Shown here: in pieces, positions 15,103-20,000 of the stretch | How positions within the stretch are numbered: position 1 is the stretch's first letter | Layout: each line of letters opens with the position of its first letter | IMG/VR virus record: IMGVR_UViG_3300031999_000013 | Length of the DNA: 20,000 nucleotides | Strand: one strand, 5' to 3' | Source: an uncultured virus (IMG/VR IMGVR_UViG_3300031999_000013) | Lineage: Duplodnaviria; Heunggongvirae; Uroviricota; Caudoviricetes | Notes under the pieces: generated by a model | What the model was told of the DNA's origin: nothing | Database searches by the model: none | The model's input: only the letters and a program-made list of their open reading frames with translations | Made by a program: the position numbers and the translations under genes

Positions 15103-15341
15103 GCTGGGCCTCTCGTTGCCATGAGGTGTGAGGCGATCACGTACTTGGCTCGGTTGATGAACTGGCGGCCCATTTCAACGGCCCCCATCGCGATCATTTC
15201 CTGAGCATCGGACAGCATCGACATTGCCAGCATTGCTGGGTCCGTGTGCCGCACAGATCCCCTGACGCATATCTCAAAGTCTTCGAGTTCCATCCCGTAG
15301 GCTTGCCGGGCAAATTCGCGTTGCTCTTCGAGGGTTTTCAT
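15099..15341 (-). CDS. Hypothetical protein
   Basis: RBS GGAG, ATGA overlaps, and motif AMSMLSDAQEMI...RQFINRAKY.I. Confidence 0.7.
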   Translation of the reverse strand: MKTLEEQREFARQAYGMELEDFEICVRGSVRHTDPAMLAMSMLSDAQEMIAMGAVEMGRQFINRAKYVIASHLMATRGPA

Positions 15342-15568
15342 TCCACGTCTCCATCAGGTTGCAGCATTCGAGTGAACACTCCTTCGGAGTGACCATCGTC
15401 CCAGTTCACAAACGTCATGACCCCGGAGGGGTCGGGGTGAATCGACTTGCCTCTGGCACCGGACACAAGGCCGACAGTGCCAGTTGATCCGTAGGATGGG
15501 CCGAGCATCATTGGCCCGGTGTACATCACTCGGGAACCGAGACGAAGTCTCTTTGCTTTCGTTTTCAT
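15338..15568 (-). CDS. Hypothetical SH3-like small protein
   Basis: G.RV.......G.TGTV......VNWDDG pattern. ATGA overlaps. Confidence 0.65.
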   Translation of the reverse strand: MKTKAKRLRLGSRVMYTGPMMLGPSYGSTGTVGLVSGARGKSIHPDPSGVMTFVNWDDGHSEGVFTRMLQPDGDVE

Positions 15569-15753
15569 GAGCGCTTCCCATATCGGCGCGGCTTCCGTTC
15601 CGGAATCATGTCGGTGATGAGCACCGGAACCCCTGACATTGCCGCATGCTCTACGGCGGCAGACTTCGACTCGAACCCATCGTGGCGCTTGCCGACTTTG
15701 TCGGTATAGCTCCAGCGTTCCGATTCGTCGACGGTGAAAATTGCGTGGATCAT
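15565..15753 (-). CDS. Hypothetical protein
   Basis: MIHAIFTVDESERW..., RBS GAGGG. Start re-called. Confidence 0.6.
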   Translation of the reverse strand: MIHAIFTVDESERWSYTDKVGKRHDGFESKSAAVEHAAMSGVPVLITDMIPERKPRRYGKRS

Positions 15754-15763
15754 GTTCGAGCCC

Positions 15764-16492
15764 TCAGTTGGTTGCTTTGGCGAAGCCATCGAGAACGAAT
15801 CCCGACGCATCATGTTTGGCGCGGCCTTTGGCCCGGAGCACAACAATGGCACCGGACTCAAGAAAGCGAAGGTCCGACTTGTCCCCGTCTACAGTGTGAA
15901 ACACTGGCGCTTCGAGCCATTGCTGCTTGACTTCGTCATTCCGGACGACGACGACAACGTTGCAGTTCGTCTTCGCATGAGTCTTCCAGACTTGGCGAGC
16001 ATAGGAGAGGTTAGCTTCGCTATAACTCAGCGACAGGTGGTAGTTGAACGGCATCTCCCGTTCGAGTCGCTTTGCGACTTTGGTGTAGTCGTAGAACTGC
16101 ACATCACGGAAGTGCTCGAAAATGTTGGGCTTGAATCCTACGGATTCGTTTTCCCACAAAATGTCCGACGTCCCGTTGAGCCGAACTGACGGAGTCAGTC
16201 CGCGGCGATCACAACGACGAAGGAAAGCTTCGATATCACTACGAAGTAGTGCGAAGAACTCTTCCCGATGGTCGACGAAAAGCCGAGTCTTTCGTATGCG
16301 GCTTTGCTGTATGGATGTCATCTGACCGCGGCCCGCAGTGTTGAGACACCCCTCGAAACACTTGGCTTGCTTCGCAAAAGGGCAAACATTTGTGCCGGAC
16401 AAATCGTATGGCGCAAGGTGCAGGATTGCCGTGGCATATCCCAGAGCTTCGCTCTTGAGAGCCTTCGGGTTGTTTTCGGTGAGCAATTTCAT
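15764..16492 (-). CDS. GP88-like protein (Cys-triad, radical-SAM-like)
   Basis: NVCPFA....C...CLN.AGRG (C-X7-C-X3-C), VRLNGTSDI.WE, QFYDYTK, NYHL.LS.SE, DGD.SDLRFL. Confidence 0.78.
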   Translation of the reverse strand: MKLLTENNPKALKSEALGYATAILHLAPYDLSGTNVCPFAKQAKCFEGCLNTAGRGQMTSIQQSRIRKTRLFVDHREEFFALLRSDIEAFLRRCDRRGLTPSVRLNGTSDILWENESVGFKPNIFEHFRDVQFYDYTKVAKRLEREMPFNYHLSLSYSEANLSYARQVWKTHAKTNCNVVVVVRNDEVKQQWLEAPVFHTVDGDKSDLRFLESGAIVVLRAKGRAKHDASGFVLDGFAKATN

Positions 16493-16504
16493 TGTCACTT
16501 CGTG

Positions 16505-16690
16505 TTACTCCGCTTTCGGTTGGTCAAAATTCGCCGCCATTCTCCGGCCGCCAATGGTTGCCGTCAAGCCCTCTCTTCTGACATCACGTAGTGATGGAGG
16601 TTTAATGGATCTTTTTTCAGCGAAGCTGATCAGGATCAGGCCGCCTATCACGAGTTCGAGCATGAGCAGCGCAATTGCATGATCGATCAC
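16505..16690 (-). CDS. Possible small membrane peptide reading through the promoter cassette
   Basis: The GTG start overlaps the upstream stop (GTGA). N-terminal hydrophobic helix IALLMLELVIGGLILISFA. Confidence 0.4.
   Translation of the reverse strand: MIDHAIALLMLELVIGGLILISFAEKRSIKPPSLRDVRREGLTATIGGRRMAANFDQPKAE
16539..16567 (-). promoter_or_regulatory. sigma70-like promoter with conserved spacer box (copy 3)
   Basis: TTGACG-17nt-GAGAAT on the minus strand. Box GGCCGCCAATGGTTGCC at 16546-16562. Confidence 0.7.
16546..16609. repeat. Promoter cassette repeat, copy A
   Basis: Shares GGCCGCCAATGGTTGCCG and an identical 28-mer CATCACGTAGTGATGGAGGTTTAATGGA (16582-16609) with 18082-18147. Confidence 0.9.
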
Positions 16691-16920
16691 GATTGATTGC
16701 CTTCGGCAAAGGTCACTTCGGCGGATAGCTGCACTTCGTCGCCGAATCGTTCGCGGTCCGAAAAGCAGGGAAGCTTCGTGACCATGCCCAGTGTCTTCTG
16801 AAGAGCGTGACGTCGACTGACCGCCCTGACTCCAAATGGAACCCCTTCGGGGTTCCGGTGAATTCGCCATTCTCCGTCCGGGCTCAGCCACTGCACCGTG
16901 TAGTTCATTCTGAACAGCAT
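16687..16920 (-). CDS. Hypothetical protein
   Basis: MLFRMNYTVQWLSPDGEW..., RBS GGGGG. Start re-called. Confidence 0.6.
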   Translation of the reverse strand: MLFRMNYTVQWLSPDGEWRIHRNPEGVPFGVRAVSRRHALQKTLGMVTKLPCFSDRERFGDEVQLSAEVTFAEGNQS

Positions 16921-16921
16921 G

Positions 16922-17188
16922 TTATGCACCCCCCAACGAAGTTGGGTACACGGTGTCAATCCATCCGTTGGACTTCGCCGCAATCCCCTCAGCCTCTTCG
17001 AGGCTTACGCACTGATCGAACAGATTTTTGCCGTACATCGCTGCTCCTTTGGAGCAGTCACCGCAGAACCAGAGGACGGCACAAAACCGCCCTGTAGCCC
17101 CTTGGGCTATGCACTGCACCCCGACTTCGTCGTCGTGACGTTTGTGGCAGTGATCGCATTCCGAACTCGTGACGCCTTTCATGTACAT
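16922..17188 (-). CDS. Hypothetical Cys-rich (Zn-binding) protein
   Basis: CDHC...CGDC, 1 nt from the upstream stop. Confidence 0.6.
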   Translation of the reverse strand: MYMKGVTSSECDHCHKRHDDEVGVQCIAQGATGRFCAVLWFCGDCSKGAAMYGKNLFDQCVSLEEAEGIAAKSNGWIDTVYPTSLGGA

Positions 17189-17189
17189 G

Positions 17190-17567
17190 CTAGTAATCCC
17201 CGAGAATCAGTTGATAGGTTGCAACCTCAGCTTCGCTGTCTATGTCGACGAGGCGAATTCCTTTCAGGAAACAGTTGGCGTAGTCGTCTCGCGCCACAAT
17301 TGCGTTGTCGGCGAATTTCAATAGTTGACCGTAGGTCACTTCGTTCATCACCGGACTCAAGTAGAGCGGGGTGCTATTCCGCTCCGCGGTGAATTTGGCC
17401 AAGCCAGCCACGACGACATCGTCTACTTCGTAGCATTGCCATTGGTGGTTTCGCATATGGCCGAATTGGATGCGGCACATTGAGGGCCTGACGCACTGCA
17501 AACCGAGTTCGACAGCTACGCTGTAGTCGTGATCATCGGCTTGCTTGAAAGTCGGAAACGATTTCAT
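17190..17567 (-). CDS. Hypothetical protein
   Basis: RBS AAGGGA, ATGA overlap. Confidence 0.6.
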   Translation of the reverse strand: MKSFPTFKQADDHDYSVAVELGLQCVRPSMCRIQFGHMRNHQWQCYEVDDVVVAGLAKFTAERNSTPLYLSPVMNEVTYGQLLKFADNAIVARDDYANCFLKGIRLVDIDSEAEVATYQLILGDY

Positions 17568-17803
17568 CGTTTGCTTCCCTTTGGGTTGGTGATCTCGGCA
17601 ATCTGGCGGTCCAATTCAGCAAGGCTGAATCGTGGGTGGGCCGCATGGTAGGTTGAGCGGACCGGAATCGAAGCGATTCGACAGTAGTAGCAGGGTCGAT
17701 TGTCGTCGACGAGATGCTCTACACCGTGATCGATGGCTTCGCCACACATGGTGTAACCGGGCCGCATTTGGCTTGGAACATGTTTGGTTAATGATTTCAT
17801 CAT
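17564..17803 (-). CDS. Hypothetical protein with H...CG...CxxC motif
   Basis: MMKSLTKHVP...TMCGE...PCYYC, TAATG overlap. Start re-called. Confidence 0.6.
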   Translation of the reverse strand: MMKSLTKHVPSQMRPGYTMCGEAIDHGVEHLVDDNRPCYYCRIASIPVRSTYHAAHPRFSLAELDRQIAEITNPKGSKR

Positions 17804-18015
17804 TAGCCGCCGTTTGCCGGGACAGCTTGGCACCGCCTCATGTACTTGATCGTGGCGGCAAGAATTGCCGCTTCGAGTTCGTTGGTTGCTTTGTCGACAC
17901 CTCGGGACGAAGTCCACTGTGATGCGTCCATCATCTGATCGAGCACAAAGGCTTCGATTTTGTTGGTGACTGCAATGGTTAACTTCGTTATTTGGTCGGC
18001 GTGGATCGTCGTCAT
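17803..18015 (-). CDS. Hypothetical protein, first gene of the leftward early block
   Basis: RBS GAAGG. Lies directly downstream of promoter copy 4. Confidence 0.6.
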   Translation of the reverse strand: MTTIHADQITKLTIAVTNKIEAFVLDQMMDASQWTSSRGVDKATNELEAAILAATIKYMRRCQAVPANGG

Positions 18016-18075
18016 GTCGGTTACCTTCGGTAGTTGTGGGCCGCATTTTTTGGCGGCGGATCAAATCGCCATTAC

Positions 18076-18104
18076 AAGGTAGGCCGCCAATGGTTGCCGG
18101 TCAA
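18076..18104 (-). promoter_or_regulatory. sigma70-like promoter with conserved spacer box (copy 4)
   Basis: TTGACC-17nt-TACCTT on the minus strand. The whole spacer is the box (18082-18098). Confidence 0.72.
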
Positions 18105-18147
18105 CCCCCCTCTTAAGATCATCACGTAGTGATGGAGGTTTAATGGA
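18082..18147. repeat. Promoter cassette repeat, copy B
   Basis: See copy A. The identical 28-mer is at 18120-18147. Confidence 0.9.
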
Positions 18148-18177
18148 AGTTTTGGATGGTACGAAGTACCATGGGTT

Positions 18178-18447
18178 ATGCATGCGTGTACGATCAGCGT
18201 TCTAGGTGGCCCCATGGATGGCTCGCGATTCAACGCGAACATGGCGTCATGGCCCCCGCCCCGTACTTTGTACGGTCCTGACATCAATGCCGCGATGTTT
18301 GGGACCTACGTGTTATGCGATTGGACGCCCGCTGAGCCATTCATGGCTCGGTACGCGGCGCGAATGGACGCGGACTACCAGCGGATTCGAAGAGCAGCGG
18401 TGACCGCAAACCTCTTGAGGTTTGCATCGGAGGGGATTGGTCGATGA
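18178..18447 (+). CDS. Hypothetical protein
   Basis: Has a VLGGPMDG motif common in small phage proteins. ATGA overlap with terS. Confidence 0.5.
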   Translation: MHACTISVLGGPMDGSRFNANMASWPPPRTLYGPDINAAMFGTYVLCDWTPAEPFMARYAARMDADYQRIRRAAVTANLLRFASEGIGR

Positions 18448-19064
18448 GTCCAAAGCAGTTGCTGTTTTGCCATTGCTTCGCAAAGAACGATTTCATGAAC
18501 GGCAAGGCTGCAGCTATCGCTGCAGGGTATTCGGAGCGATCCGCGGTGAACCAAGCATCGATGATGCTTCGTATGCCCGAGATCAAGGCCTACGTCGAGG
18601 ACATGAAGAAGCAAAGGAATCAGCTGGTAACAGCTGATGCGACGATGGTCGTCAATGGCTACACCGCAATTGCCACTGCCAATCCTTTGGATTGTCTGGT
18701 GCTTGGCTCGGATGGGTTGTGGAAAGGTCGGAGTCCGGATCAGTTGCCGAAGGCAGTGTTGCCGGCCATTGCGCGGATACACATCAGGACGCTGAAAGCG
18801 AAGGACGGCAAGGAATATCAGGAGTTCAAGTATGAACTCCACGACAAGATGGCAGCTTTGCTGCAGCTAGGGCGGCATCTTGACGTCTTCGGAGAAGACG
18901 ACCCCTCGAAGCGACCGGTGAATATCGCCATGTTTGCCAACGTTCCTTCGGAACAGCTCGAAGCTCTCAATGCTCAGTTCAAAGCGCTGATGGCCCCAAA
19001 GGGGCCGGTCAGTGAGGTTGGAGCGTTGATTGAAGGTGAACTCAGCGTAGCTGGGGAGATCTGA
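18444..19064 (+). CDS. terS: Terminase small subunit (Terminase_2-like)
   Basis: SPKQ..FC......NG..AAIAAGYS..SA..QAS.ML..PEIKAYV N-terminal HTH, and later K.ELHDK.AAL..LGRHL..F. RBS GAGGGG. Confidence 0.88.
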   Translation: MSPKQLLFCHCFAKNDFMNGKAAAIAAGYSERSAVNQASMMLRMPEIKAYVEDMKKQRNQLVTADATMVVNGYTAIATANPLDCLVLGSDGLWKGRSPDQLPKAVLPAIARIHIRTLKAKDGKEYQEFKYELHDKMAALLQLGRHLDVFGEDDPSKRPVNIAMFANVPSEQLEALNAQFKALMAPKGPVSEVGALIEGELSVAGEI

Positions 19065-19360
19065 TGGCGCGCGTCTATCTCATGATCGAGGACCTTACGG
19101 TCCTTCGCGAGGAAGATACGTCCATTGGCTGGGCAGTCCAGTGGGATGAGGACGGCACCACGGCAAAGCCGTCACCCGAGTCCTTGACGGATGCGCAGTG
19201 GGCCATGGGTCAAATCGTGGACACGTTGGCTCGAATGATTGCTGCGGCCGATGCTTTAGCATCGGGTGGAATTGAGGGGGAGGCACCGAAGGTTGGTGAC
19301 GGTGAACCCGTTACGAGTAGAATACTCGTCCCACAAGGTGCCGGTTCGATCATCGTTTGA
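19064..19360 (+). CDS. Hypothetical acidic protein
   Basis: RBS GGGGAG, TGATG overlap with terS. Confidence 0.65.
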   Translation: MARVYLMIEDLTVLREEDTSIGWAVQWDEDGTTAKPSPESLTDAQWAMGQIVDTLARMIAAADALASGGIEGEAPKVGDGEPVTSRILVPQGAGSIIV

Positions 19361-19732
19361 TGCGGGGTACAGTCGGATGGCTTGGTTCCTTCGGAAACTC
19401 CGCATTTTGGGGGGCGATCGGGCAGTGAATTCTGCAGTTCCTGCAGTCCCCAGCCTTCACCATGGCTCAGCACTCCAAGGGAGTGACTCGAAGCCCAATG
19501 AAATCGCTTGGCCTTTGCCCATCCTACGGATGCTGTTCATGGTCGGATTGACGACAAATTGGCTCAGATCCACATTGGCGCGGCTTCATGACCACACGCG
19601 GACCGTCTTTATGTACGGTCTCAGTGCGAAAACTCGGGGGGAAAGCCACGTAACTGGTGAGCCTGACCACAAAGCTACGCTTCCCACCAACTGGCCAATC
19701 ACCAAGCTTCGCTTCCAGTCTCCATTGACTAC

Positions 19733-19858
19733 CCTACGGATCAGACAGCTTGTCGATCAGCACCATCCTACGGATCAGCCATTGCAACCAATGCCGCAGC
19801 CTACGGCTCAAGCAAACGGTCAGCTAGACAGCCAACCAATCAACCGGTCAAACGGTCA
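19733..19858 (+). repeat. Cluster of short direct repeats
   Basis: CCTACGGATCAG at 19733 and 19767, CCTACGGCTCAA at 19800, and CAA(A/C)CGGTCA at 19813, 19841 and 19849. Confidence 0.7.
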
Positions 19859-19939
19859 ACCAAGGGTTGGAGATCGCGACTCTGTCGACATATCCGCGGA
19901 CCCCATGACCCGCAAGTCCCTGAATTCATTGGAGGACCA

Positions 19940-20000
19940 ATGAAAATAGCCGTTTGTCGACTCTGCGGTGTCCCGCATAGATCGTCTGATCCCCATGTCT
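19940..20000 (+). CDS. Start of a CxxC..H..H protein, truncated by the window end
   Basis: GGAGG RBS at 19931, then ATG AAA ATA...: MKIAVCRLCGVPHRSSDPHV. Confidence 0.5.
   Translation, partial: MKIAVCRLCGVPHRSSDPHV

Noticed and set aside
15734..16189. 151 aa plus-strand ORF
   Set aside because: Antisense to the well-supported GP88-like gene.
18134..18205. GGAGG-N4-ATG inside the repeated 28-mer (also at 16596-16607), suggesting plus-strand peptides
   Set aside because: The resulting 20 aa and 25 aa ORFs are unrelated after the start codon, and the copy at 16605 is antisense to the early operon.
19733..19811. Possible mini-CRISPR array
   Set aside because: Repeats are only about 12 bp with about 22 bp spacers and are non-palindromic, and no cas genes are present.
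19266..19943. 225 aa plus-strand ORF
   Set aside because: It overlaps the preceding gene by 95 nt, has no clear RBS, and its Q/P/N-biased tail derives from the DNA repeats. Treated as probably non-coding, though not excluded.
1..20000. Frequent GATC/CGATCG words suggesting HIP1-like repeats; also searched for tRNA, integrase/att and IS elements
   Set aside because: The words are explained by ATC/GAT/TCG codon usage in GC-rich genes, and the full GCGATCGC octamer is not evidently enriched. No cloverleaf, recombinase or transposase motif was recognised.

Overview
A gene-dense, GC-rich segment of a tailed dsDNA bacteriophage or prophage genome (Caudoviricetes-like). No integrase, structural gene, rRNA, tRNA or CRISPR array is visible. 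There are three blocks. (1) Positions 1-9038, + strand: an HTH regulator, a clear Acb2 (anti-CBASS nucleotide sponge) homologue and a coupled partner gene. These are followed by a ~330 bp highly structured intergenic element, an SF2 helicase, a P4-alpha-type Zn-ribbon/TOPRIM primase, a GH108 endolysin, a signal-peptide-bearing double fibronectin-III protein, an LMW phosphatase-like protein, a Ref-like nuclease and a DUF1064 endonuclease. (2) Positions 9114-18015, - strand: about 27 mostly small, translationally coupled early/accessory genes, including DUF932, a GP88-like protein and an HTH protein. Four sigma70-like promoters drive this block, and all carry the same 16-17 bp box (GGCCGCCAATGGTTGC) in their spacer. 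(3) Positions 18178-20000, + strand: the terminase small subunit followed by a ~580 bp probably non-coding region with phased short repeats (candidate packaging site or genome end). Family assignments come from motif recognition by eye, not from database searches.
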